Assembly (NCBI GenBank): GCA_951406725.2
Contig: OX597818.1
Location: 30,132,001 to 30,196,000, forward strand
From: Octopus vulgaris
Lineage: Eukaryota
DNA length: 64,000 nt
Reading direction: 5' to 3'
Shown: one piece after another, positions 26,450 to 37,610 of the stretch
Layout of the letters: each line of letters opens with the position of its first letter
How positions within the stretch are numbered: the stretch's first letter is position 1
Notes under the pieces: generated by a model
What the model was told of the DNA's origin: nothing
The model's input: the letters and a program-made list of their open reading frames with translations, nothing else
Databases searched by the model: none
Translations under genes and position numbers: made by a program

Positions 26450-28430
26450 CTGCATGCATTTATTGTGGAACTAGAAGCTGTCTTGAAAAATGAAGAGCTC
26501 CTTTACTAAGACAAGGTGTAAGATTTTAAGGAAACTCTCAGATCAGGTTCCCCACCTCTCCCCCCAAAAAAATCAGACTCAAAGAAAAATCTCAGATTAT
26601 GAAAACATCAAGTTTAAATAGAAATATAATGGTATTTTGCTCACTTTTTTATGAAGATGACAATGATTATTTCTTTTCTTCAATTTCACTTGAAAGAGTA
26701 AGTCATTCACTATTTTCTTTTTGTTCTTTTTGTTTTTAAAAAATTGATTCCAACTATCTTTTGCTTAAAGCATCTTCTAGGTTCTCATGCAGTGTATTCC
26801 ATATTATTTCCAGTAAAAGATTGGTTTGCAAGTAATCTGTATTTGCTTTTTAAAGATTTGGCATTTTTTTTTTTTGACAGTTCATTTGAATTTTGTGTCT
26901 TTTAACTTATACCAGTATTCAGGAATATTTTCTCCTGAAATTGTGAAATTGTCAAGAATAATTCCTCCAGTGGTCAAAGTTAATCATACTGGTTTCTGAT
27001 GCAACAGATAGGATGAAATGTAACTTCTTTCTTACTGGGATGCAACATTTTATTAGGAATTTAAAACAATTAGTTCTAATGCTCATTTATCTCCAACAGC
27101 TAATTAATTAAATGTGTTGTTGCCTTTTTTTACTCAAGGTAAATATAATTTATGCTTTTATAATTACTTTCATTGCTTGGATCAATTTCTGATAGTATAA
27201 TGTTCATTCATTTTTTAATACAGAAATTTGGGAGAGTTTTGTATTTTGATGGTATTAAGTACAGACAATGTGACCTGAAACACAGACAACGTGACCTGAA
27301 ATGCTCAGATTGAAATTCAGCATTCAATAAATTAGCTTTCTGTTGTGCATACTGAAGGAAAAGTAGCATGTGTTTAGTTCTGCATTTGCTTAATGTGTCA
27401 AGCTCTCCTGGCACCATCATCTTTCAATTCATTTTAGAAATAAAGAAGTAAAGCATTGAATTGTTGTATTATCACAGGAACAATTGCTTCTTGAGAAAGC
27501 TATCTTGTTTGTTCAAGCTTAGACATTTTGTGACAAGTTGTCACAATCTTTTCCTATATAAGTTTGAAGTATTGTTTCTTGTTACTGCAAGATAAGTAAA
27601 GTGTTAAATCTTTTAAGAGAGATTCTAAATATGAGGGCAATATGCTGACATCATGATTAGTGCAAACTAAAAGAATGCTAGTTGCATTCCATAATAAAAA
27701 CAGATGGCACATCATCTCTCAATAATTTATGAAACCCATTTTTGGTGCCCATCATTGAGGAACATTTATTGCTTGTGAATCCAGTAGTTTCTGAAGGAAT
27801 ATTTCTTTCTCACAAAATAGATTTGACAGCATTGTAACATTCAAGAGCCATTCTATTTTCAACAACCATGCATCTATGATATCAAAGTTTCTCACAACTG
27901 TAGCTTAAATTTGGGTAACTGAAATATCTGTACTTTCATCAGTTATGATAGCAAACTTTTGTATCTTGCGGATATCCATTAGCACTATTTTTTCATGAAT
28001 GGCACTTCCATTTTGAATAACATATCAATGTTTTGTTCATTTCATTGATAATTTTTCAGGAATATTGCCGTCCAGAAATACTCTCTTCAGTACTGTAAGT
28101 TGATTCAATACTTGCAAATGGAATGTTATGTGTAACAAAATAGAAAGCAATAAGTAGTTCACTTTTGGCTGTTTGTTCATTCTTCAGTGACTTCTTTTTG
28201 CCATGAATTATGTAATATCAACAGTAGATTTAGCCCCATTAAAAAATTTCTAATATTTTACCAAAGTTTGTTTCATTAACCTAAATTTATTTGGATTTCT
28301 CAGAGTAACATGGCACATTTTCAGTAGCTCTTTCCTTTATCATTTTTATTTAATTAAAGATCAAATCCTTCAATTCAAAATCTTGCAACCCTTCTTCTTT
28401 GAATGACTGCACATACCATTTTCTTCATTT
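26450..28430 (-). mobile_element. Decayed hAT transposase remnant
   Basis: Minus strand QKFAIITDESTDISVTQI*ATVVR (~27965-27890) and TAKSELLIAF...HNIPF. Limits approximate. Confidence 0.6.
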
Positions 28431-28454
28431 TAGTAGGAGTTTGCACTTCATCAC

Positions 28455-29664
28455 GTATATATATTTAAAATGGAGCTTGTGTGTGTCTGTGTGTGGTGCA
28501 TATGTTCCTTATGAATTAAAAAACTGAATTACCGATTTTGACATATGAGGTATCAAAAGATCCAGTCACCTTTCAGCTATCAAATGAAGTATGTTTTTTG
28601 CACAACAACTCTTTTTTACTACAAAAATAACTTCTAAAACGAGGTCTGGTTGCACAATTTTCAGGTCATTTTCATGCAATATTTGGATTTGCTTCTAATC
28701 TACATTGCCAGTTTTAATGTTTTTGGTGTCAAAATATGCAGCATTGTACAAGGAATGTTATGAGTGCATTTGTGATGCACAAAACCTTATTTGTCAATGG
28801 AAAATGACCAAAAGAACATGCATTTTTGGAACAATTATTGGCACATTTTCTGTCAATAATGGCCTTTGTGCCACAACTAAACTGCCAGTATGAACATCTT
28901 CAGTATTCCATGATTAAACACTGTCTTTGAAGTATTGTGATACCATTTCTTTGCACAAAACCCTATTTTTCAACAGAAAATTGGCTAATGAACCATGTTC
29001 TGGCATAATTGGGATCACTTCTGGCATTACTACCATAAGCAATTTGTCCATGTAGATTTTCTTGGTAGCAAACAACTCAGGAATGCCTAAGAAGCATTCT
29101 CATGTTTAAATTCAATAAAATTTCCCCAAGGATTTAGCACAGTATATTCATTCAAGTATGGTAAAGACATGAAGCAATGACTAAAACGTTTTAAGCTTTT
29201 TTGCGTTTAGCATTTTTCTCTTTATTCAACTCAATTTATGCAAAGTTGTTTATTGTTTTTAATATATATTCAAGCCTATTATTGATTCCATAAGCTGCAG
29301 AGTTCGTAAAGATTTTGCTACAATCTCCCTGTTTTTCACAGTGGTTGTGCATGTACTATAATGCAGGTGTTGCAATGGAAAACAAATGTCTGACCTGATA
29401 ACCTCACTGAAGACAATAGTAACACTACGTATGCGAGGGCAAATTAAGGTCACATACACACATGAGTCTGCCCATGGTGTACGTCCCTTCATTGATCGGG
29501 ATACACACCATGTTCACTGACTGGTACAATTTCAAATGAATTTTTCCTTATCAGAGACATGTACTGCAATACCAGTTGGTTGTGGTGTTATTGTTATCAA
29601 TGACCCGGGCAATGCTGGAGTGCATTGTGTGTGGTGCATACATTCTGCTTGAACTCGAAAACTG

Positions 29665-29704
<40 letters not shown>

Positions 29705-30044
29705 CAAAATAAGCAACAAGGATATCCAGAGGTAATGCAGTACGATCGTTTCATGCAACTCCATTTAATTGAACAATGCAATCATTACATCAATTTAAAA
29801 TGCAGAGCAATCCTCTTTATCGACTACTAAATCCTCGGGATTGCTCTGCATTTTAAATTGATGTAATGATTCCATTGTTCAATTAAATGGAATTGCATGA
29901 ACCGATTGTACTGCATTACCTCTGGATATCCTTGTTGCTTATTTTGAATATGATCACCTTACTTTGAAATTGTATAGATAATATTATACTAAATTCTGTG
30001 GCTGTAGGTCATAACACCCAGGCTACACTGGGGTGCATTGCTAG
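28455..30044 (+). mobile_element. Composite non-autonomous Helitron
   Basis: 5' tatatatttaaaatg...gtgtgtctgtgtgtg. 3' hairpin cccaggctacactggg plus tgcattgCTAG|T at 30041-30045. An internal 3'-end-like hairpin lies at 29603-29620. Confidence 0.6.
29703..29948. repeat. Long inverted repeat (~110-bp arms, ~25-nt spacer)
   Basis: tcaaaataagcaacaaggatatccagagg...gcaatcc versus ggattgc...cctctggatatccttgttgcttattttga. Confidence 0.9.
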
Positions 30045-30384
30045 TTACAATATAAGACAAAAATGTATATAAATATAGTAAGGTAATGGCAACTGGAAAG
30101 TGCAGAACTACTCATACACATCCCAATGCAGGACTAATACCAACATTGAATACTCGGGTCATCAGGTACAAAGCAGCTACTTAATGTACATGTATCATAT
30201 ATAATTCAAAAGTGTTTTAATTGATGACTTATCTATCTACAGGTATTTTAAGGTAGTTGAAATTTTAAAAAGTTATTTTAAATGTACACACACACACACA
30301 CACACATAATACACACACACACACACACACATCACATCACATCACATGCACACACACACATACACACACACACACACACAAAGA

Positions 30385-30800
30385 AAAATGGAATATATAT
30401 GATGAATTAATGCGGAACTTACAGCTCTTGTACCCTGACTATGAATTCTCATTTGTATCTATCATCATAGGTGCATTAGGTTATGTACCTGTAAATCTGC
30501 ACAAAAACCTAGAAATGCTTAGTTTCGCAGAGAAAGAGCAGAACAAACTGACACAGATTCTCCAAATCCAATGTATTAACGGAACAGTGAAGATTTGTAA
30601 GACATTCTAGAAATTCTCCATGTGAGATTCTTATGTGAATAGATGCACACACTTGGGTGTATGTATCAACAGTTCCACCTACAGACCAACTCCACCACAT
30701 ATTTACAAACACTGAGAACTCTCTTAACTCAAAAAGTCTTGTCACTTCGTTAGTAACCAGGTTGAACTCTCTCTAGAACATAAATAAAACTCAAAGAAAG
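30385..30800 (+). mobile_element. R4/Dong-like REL C-terminal fragment plus 3' UTR
   Basis: LQLLYPDYEFSFVSIIIGALGY...INGTVKICKTF, same family as 361-735. Confidence 0.7.
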
Positions 30801-30844
30801 ATCATACATGCAAACATACATACATACGTACGTACGTATGTATG

Positions 30845-30887
<43 letters not shown>

Positions 30888-30995
30888 GGAGAATTCAAAA
30901 AAAAAAAAACAAAAGACGAAGACAGGTGGTGTCAACAACAAACAGATGTATTAGTTTAATGCTCAATCAAATTAAGCAACAGAATATCAAGTAGT

Positions 30996-31084
30996 GATGC
31001 AGTACAACTGTTTCAAGCGGCTCCATTTACTTGAACAGTGCAATCATTACATCAATTTAAATGCAGCACCATCTTCAGCTGATC
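30996..31084 (-). ncRNA. Candidate minimal type I hammerhead ribozyme (Penelope-pLTR type)
   Basis: Minus strand GAUCAG-CUGAAGA-[long stem II]-GAAA-CAGUUG-UA-CUGCAUC. Stem I CAG/CUG. The stem II closing pair is imperfect. Confidence 0.6.
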
Positions 31085-31464
31085 AACTAAATAAATAGGA
31101 CACATTAATATGATTTTTCTCAAATATTTTAACAGGGCAAGAAGATGGAAGAAATCATGTTGTCGCTATTGTAGCTAAGAATAGATTACACTTCCTAGAA
31201 TCACATGAAGCCTTTTGGAGAGTCATAGTGTTGTAAAGGATTGTAATTCATTTCTAATTCATTTATCTCTTTATCAACTACTAAATCTAAGACTAGAAGA
31301 CTGTGTCTATTTTGAATAAAGGACGAGAGTGAGTTGACAGCTCATGGCTAGGTATGGTCATAAATATGTCATATGTATTCTTTTCCTCAGGGAGGAAATA
31401 AGACATTAGTAGTCAATTGGATATAAAGTAACTGTCTATAAATATGGAAGATATATATATATCT

Positions 31465-31678
31465 TTCATCTTTTACCTATTTCAGTCATTAGAGTATGGC
31501 CATACTAGGGCACTGTCTTGAAGAATTTTAGTTGAATAAATTGGCTCTAGTACTTATCATGCACATATGAAGAGCTTCTTTCAGTTTCTGTCTACCAAAT
31601 CCACTTGCAAGGCTTTAGCAGAAGACATTTGTTCAAAGGACCACACAGTGGGACTGAACCCAGAACCATGTGGTTGGG
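31465..31678 (-). mobile_element. SINE family A, internally deleted
   Basis: Reverse-complement homology to 6640-7024. Confidence 0.7.
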
Positions 31679-31679
31679 C

Positions 31680-31720
<41 letters not shown>

Positions 31721-32344
31721 CATGTATATGTGCATGTGTGTTTGTATGAATGCATATGTGTGTATGTATGTATATATATTACATCATATGTAAACAAACA
31801 TAAGTTTGTTTTTGAAGAGCTGAAATGTATTGTAGTACAAGTAGAAAGATATATTTTTCAATGCATAAGAACGCTGGTCTCCTTGACAACGCTTTACGAC
31901 GTTGATTTCCTTACACTCCCTTCCCCACAGCTTCACAAGAGAGGGGACGCGCGCTAATACTCAGACGGGCTCGATATGAATCACGACTATAAGATACCCG
32001 AATTTGGTTAAACTGATATAGGACTAAATATTAAAATTATCAAAATTAATACCTTCAATTCTTATTCCAAATCATATACTTTACATTATATAGACCACTC
32101 GTGTTTCATGACAACTTATTCCTTGATATTGCTGAAATAGAAGGTCTCGAAATACAATACCGTATTAAAACAATTATATTGCCAATCTTCAGGTCTAGAT
32201 TATATGAACTTATTTTGCTATTTACATCCTATATAAAGACATGACAAACTAAAATTATATAAGTAGAAGTTGTTGGAATAATTTTACTTTAGTAAATAAT
32301 GAACAGAAATGTGGAATAAAAGTAGGAAAAAGAAATGTTAGTAA

Positions 32345-32417
32345 AAAGAAATGTTAACTTATCTGTATGGTAATTTTCTCTCCACAAATTACCATACAGA
32401 TAAGTTAACATTTCTTT
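32345..32417. repeat. Perfect 32-bp inverted repeat with 9-nt loop
   Basis: aaagaaatgttaacttatctgtatggtaattt-tctctccac-aaattaccatacagataagttaacatttcttt. Confidence 0.95.
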
Positions 32418-32649
32418 GAAAAAGCACATCTGCATATTCCAGTAATCAAATGTATGTATGTAGGTGTTTTATTTTAAATGAGAAAGTCATACATATTATT
32501 AATTGAAAGTCCTGGTGAATCATAATATTTGCAGATAAGTATATATTAAAGCAAAGCCTGGAAAATTTGGTATATTTTTAATTCAAAGATACATGTCTCA
32601 TTACTGTATTGGAAATACATTTTCAATAAATGAATAATAAAAATAACGA

Positions 32650-32855
32650 TGATAATTTCAAACTTTGGCACAAGGCCAGCAAGTTCAGTTGAGTTCATCA
32701 ACCCCAGTGCTCAAAAGGTACTTAATTCATTGACCCCAAAAGGATGAAAGGCAAAGACAACCTTGGCAGAATTTGAACTCAGAATGTAAAAATGTATGAA
32801 ATACTGCTAAACATTTTGCCTGGCATGCTAACAATTCTGTCAGTTTGCTGCCTTA
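32650..32855 (-). mobile_element. SINE family B
   Basis: Homology to 3149-3357. Confidence 0.8.
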
Positions 32856-32894
32856 ATATTGATAAGAAGAAGAAGAACAACAACAACAACAACA

Positions 32895-33450
32895 GGATTT
32901 GAAGCTGGAGACACATGATATGAACATTGGGGTCAAAGGAGTTCTACAGTTGGAGAATTGTAAATTTCTGTGGGACTTTACTATTCAAATGGACAAGAAA
33001 CAGGAAAATAATGGGCCAGACATAACAATAATAGACAAGAAAAAGTGAAGTTGCCTACTAATTGATCTAGCATGTCCGTTTGATTCTAGGATCATAAAGA
33101 GAGAAGACAAAAAAGAAAAAAAAAACACAATCCCTTAAAATTTGAAATTGCAAGAATTTGGAATCTGAAAGTTGTAAAGGTTGTGCCTATAATAATTGGT
33201 GCATTGGAACTAAGCAAAGATATAGATGAATGGTTGAAGGAAATTGGAATATAATGTCCTGCAGAGCTTCTACAGAAAGTTTGCCTCTTAAAGGAAAGGA
33301 AAGATTATTGGGAGGGTCCTAAGCGCTTGAAAGACTATTGAAAGATTGTGGATACCTAAGGTTACAGGTAGTAACCCACTACCCAAATAAATTCTACCAG
33401 GAATAAGAATGAACTTGAGTCAAATCAATAATAATAATAATAATAATAAT
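32895..33450 (+). mobile_element. R4/Dong-type non-LTR 3' fragment (REL endonuclease) ending in (TAA)n
   Basis: FLWDFTIQMDK...GPDITIIDK...LIDLACPFD...LKFEIARIW...VPIIIGAL, then a (TAA)n tail. Confidence 0.85.
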
Positions 33451-33665
33451 CCTTTCTACTACAGGCACAAGGCCTGAAATTTGAAGGGAGGGGACTAGTT
33501 GATTATATCGCCCCCAATGATTCACTGGTATTTAATTCATTGACACCAAAAGGATGAAAAGCAAGGCTGACCTTGGTGGAATTTGAACTGAAAACGTAGC
33601 TACAAGTGAAATACTACTAAGCATTTTGTCCAGTGTGCTAACGATTCTGCCAGTTGTCTGCCTTA
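33451..33665 (-). mobile_element. SINE family B
   Basis: Homology to 3149-3357. Confidence 0.8.
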
Positions 33666-34882
33666 ATAATAACAATAATAATAAGAAGAAAAAGAATAGA
33701 AGTTTAATAAATCCATAATAGTTATATACATGGCAGAGTGTGATGTGAACTAGTCACCCATATAGTGAATTGGATTTTCCATGAAGGGGTCATAACCAAT
33801 GACTTGTGTAGCAGCATTATAGTCAACTGCTACATAGAGAAAGGTTATGCCTTAAATAGAAGTAATTATAGAGATATGAAATTGCTGGACCAGGTCATGA
33901 AACTTACAGAAAGGTCATAATTTGACTCATTTTGGAAAAAAGAATATTTCAATGAGATACAGTTTGGTTTTGTGCCGAGGCAGAGCACTACTAAGACTAT
34001 CTTTCTAGTAAGGTAACTGCAGGAGAAGTACTGTGTAAAAAAATACACTGCTGTACAAGACTCCTCACTTACTCATCTTTTGGTTGATGTGGAAGCTAGC
34101 AATAGATGAGTGGTTGGAGAGAGCCATCAAAGCTGTGTACAGGGATACTGTCAGTAAGGTGAAAATTGGCATTGAATATAATAACGAATTTGGTGTGCAG
34201 GTAGGAGTTCATGGAGGAATTGTTCTCAGTTCCCTCTTGTTTATCATAGTCTTCCAGGCCATAACTAAGGAATCTCCTATATTCTGATGACTTTATTCTT
34301 ATAGCCGACTCTCTACTGGAGTCAGAGAAGAAATTCCATGCATGGAAACAAGGACTGGAATGTAAGGGCCTTAGTGTTAATTTAGCAAGTACTAAAGCAG
34401 ACAAATCACTAATCTCTTTAGGGAAGTGACCCTGTTCAATATGTAGAAAGTGTGTAGGTAGAAATTCCATTCAGTGTACCTAGTGTAAACTTTTGATGCA
34501 CAAGAGGTGCACTGGAATCACAGGAAGGTTAACAGAGATAATAGTCTTTGTTGTGGTAGATGTGCAGGTACAATAAACATTAAGAATATACAGAAAATAG
34601 ATTTCCTGAAATGTTCAAGCTGTTCGAGATTGTAGATTGTTTTCATTACCTAGGTTACCAAATAAGCAGTTGTGGCTGTTGCTCTGAAAGTGTTGTTACT
34701 AGAAAAAGAACTAGCTGGGAAAAGTTCAGAGAGATGTTACCTTTGTTAGTAACAAAGGGCCTCTCCCTCAGAGTGAAAGGTCGACTATATGATGCCTGTG
34801 TATGGACAGCTAAGCTACATGGCAGTGAAATATGGACTGTGACTGCAAAGGACATGAAAAGGCTTGAAAAGAATGAACCCAG

Positions 34883-35262
34883 CGGAGCATTTTCCAATCA
34901 AAGTCGGAAGTAGAGGGTTTGTTGGACACAGTGTGAGATGACTGTTGTTATCGTTAGGCCTAACTCATCGTAAAGTCAATACCACCATGACCGATATCCA
35001 AACTACAGTGGAGAAGGCTAGCCACTAGATTTGGTTAAAAAGGGACAACGAGCGATAGCTAGAAGAATATTGAGCTTTATTTGATAACCAGTTGATCTAG
35101 CAAGCAGGGCCTCAGTGAGTGAGGGCTGGTGCACATTGATGCCGTCGAGAGGTAGGCCCTGAAATGGCACACATTCTCTCCTGATGACCCCATACACTTG
35201 TTGGCTTCCGGTATGTGGAGTTCTCGATTGGTAGCATTTGCATGTGCAAGTTGTTTGCAAGA
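34883..35262 (+). mobile_element. HERO/NeSL-like REL non-LTR 3' fragment nested in RTE
   Basis: HFPIKVGSRGFVG...VEKASH*IWLKR plus a GC-rich 3' UTR. RTE sequence resumes at ~35263. Confidence 0.65.
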
Positions 35263-35679
35263 CATGCTGGATGTGCAATGTCAGTGTGTATGTACAAGAA
35301 AATGTAAATGTTTTGAGAGAAAAATTGGGTATATGAGACATCAGTTATAGTGTGCAAGAGAGAAGAATGCATTGGTGTGGTCATGCAACAAGGACTGCTG
35401 CATAGAAAAATGCTAATCTCTAAGCCTCGAAGGAACCTGTGGAAGAGGAAGATATGGGATGAAGTAGTGAGAAATGATTTTCAGATGTTGAACCTCACAA
35501 TGGAGATGTCAAACGCTTGAACAACTGGTGATGTGTATTACTTGAGAAGACCCACCCAGCAAAGTAAATTTCATGTCCATGACCCTCTCATTCCTCCTCA
35601 ACCTGCCCTTGTTTACTACTGTTGTTTCCCCCTCTCCTCCATTCTCTCTCACGTGTTCATTTACCTACCTGCACACAAT

Positions 35680-36003
35680 AGGTGCACTCCATCGGTTACG
35701 ATGACAAGAGTCCCAGCTGATACAATCAACGGAACAGCATGCTCTTGAAATTAAGGTGCAAGTGGCTGAGTACTCCACAGACATGTGTACCCTTAATGTA
35801 GTTCTCAGGGAGATTCAGCATGACACAGAGTGTGACAAGGCTGGCCCATTGAAATACAGTTACTACTCATTTTCGCCAGCTGAGTGGATTGAAGCAATGT
35901 GAAATAAAGTGTCTTGCTCAAGGACACAATGCATCGCCAGGAATTGAACTCATAACCTTATGATTGTGAGCTGAATGCTCTAACCACTAAGCCATGCACC
36001 TTC
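35680..36003 (-). mobile_element. tRNA-derived SINE family C
   Basis: Minus-strand head gaaggtgcatggcttagtggttagagc...gagttcaattcc, then gtgtccttgagcaagacac. Confidence 0.8.
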
Positions 36004-36548
36004 ATGTCCCTGTTAAATCCCTTCCCTTCACCCTTGCTTCTAGCTCTCACTCTCCTTTTGAAATCTTTTGAACTCACCCACCTATCCACCTTCATTCCCT
36101 GGTCCACTTCACTATATACACCACCCTGTAACATGGGTATACATCCCCTTCTCCCTTTCTGTCACACCTTCATTATCTTTCTCTCCTCTTTCTCTCTTTC
36201 TCTCTCTCTCCAACCTAGGTAGCCATGTCTCTCTTCTAATGCAAGACACCTTTTCTATCCCTCAATACTTCTCTCTACAATTTGAGAGGCCATATCCTTC
36301 AAGTTACATGGTGATCCTACTGTTGCTGGTGCCACATAAAATGTACCTTGTACACTCTGTAAAGTGGTTGGCATTATGAAGGGCATCCAGCTGTAGAAAT
36401 CTTGCCAAAACAGATAGCAGAGCTTGGTGCAGTATTACCATCCTACCCATGCATGGAAAATGAATGTTAAATGATGATGATGATGATATAGTGAACATGT
36501 AGAGGATCATCTAAACTGTGACTTCTCAGTCGATGATTTTGATATATG

Positions 36549-36777
36549 TTGTTGTGTCTGGGGTGAGCCATTTTCTTTTAATGCCATATTAATTAATTAC
36601 ACTCACCAGTTCAGTTCCCACTCATTTACTTCTTTATTGAATCTTTTTTAAAAATTGAAAATTGAAAATTTTTTTAAATTTAGAAAATTAAATGAATAAA
36701 TAAATCAGTGGAAATTGAACCAGTGAGTGTTAATTAATAAGACATTAAAACAGAATGATTCTCCCCAGATACAACAA
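36549..36777. repeat. Imperfect palindrome/MITE (~100-bp arms)
   Basis: ttgttgtgtctgggg...attaattacactcaccagttc versus gaaccagtgagtgttaattaat...ccccagatacaacaa. Confidence 0.75.
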
Positions 36778-36861
36778 AAAAATGCTTCAACACATGAATT
36801 CACGTAAAGAATCTTGCAAATCAAACACAAAAACAAAATATATATATATATATATATATAT

Positions 36862-37157
36862 CACGTGACTGACGAGACCATCAGATGTTGTTACACATCG
36901 CTGGTCACAATGCATTCCATTGTTTTAGCCTTCGAAGGACGCCACCCCGCTGGCTAAATGAGCAGGCCAACAGAAGAAAGAGTGAAAGAAAGTCGTGGTG
37001 AAAGAGTACAGCAGGGATCACCACGCCCTGCTGGAGCCTCGTGGAGCTTTTAGGTGTTTTCGCTCAATAAACACTCACAACATCCAGTCTGGGAATCGAA
37101 ACCATGATTCTACGACCGCGAGTCCGCTGCCCTTACCACTGGGCCATTGCGCCTCCA
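36862..37157 (-). mobile_element. tRNA-derived SINE flanked by (TA)n
   Basis: Minus-strand head ggaggcgcaatggcccagtggtaagggcagcggac...ggtttcgattcc. Confidence 0.8.
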
Positions 37158-37166
37158 CATATATAT

Positions 37167-37285
37167 ATATTACTAAACATTTCAACTACATGTACTTATC
37201 ATGATTGGTGCCTCATGAACATACGCATGTACAGGAAACTATTAGTAGCACGATAAGTACATGTAGTTGAAACGTTTAGTAATAT
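37167..37285. repeat. Small MITE-like hairpin (37-bp arms, 2 mismatches)
   Basis: atattactaaacatttcaactacatgtacttatcatg versus cacgataagtacatgtagttgaaacgtttagtaatat. Confidence 0.85.
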
Positions 37286-37384
37286 TGAACTCTTATTGGA
37301 TTGGAGTACTCTTTGTATTGAATTTTACGCAGTTAATTTCTCATATATATATATATCATCATCATCATCATTGTTTAACGTCTG

Positions 37385-37447
<63 letters not shown>

Positions 37448-37567
37448 ATTAAAATTATAATTTAGGGTATCTAGGAGATACCTTTAAATAATAACTATTA
37501 CCTTTGAAGGTTTTTATTCCCATGCTGGCCACTTGATATATTCAATATTTAAATAATGATCTTATCC

Positions 37568-37609
<42 letters not shown>

Positions 37610-37610
<1 letters not shown>

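Larger units (their letters stand above)
33720..36487 (+). mobile_element. Decayed 5'-truncated RTE LINE (pyrimidine-rich 3' UTR) with two nested insertions
   Basis: IDEWLERAIKAVYRD and LSLRVKGRLYDAC. Ends in a (GAT)n tail at ~36471-36487. Confidence 0.85.
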
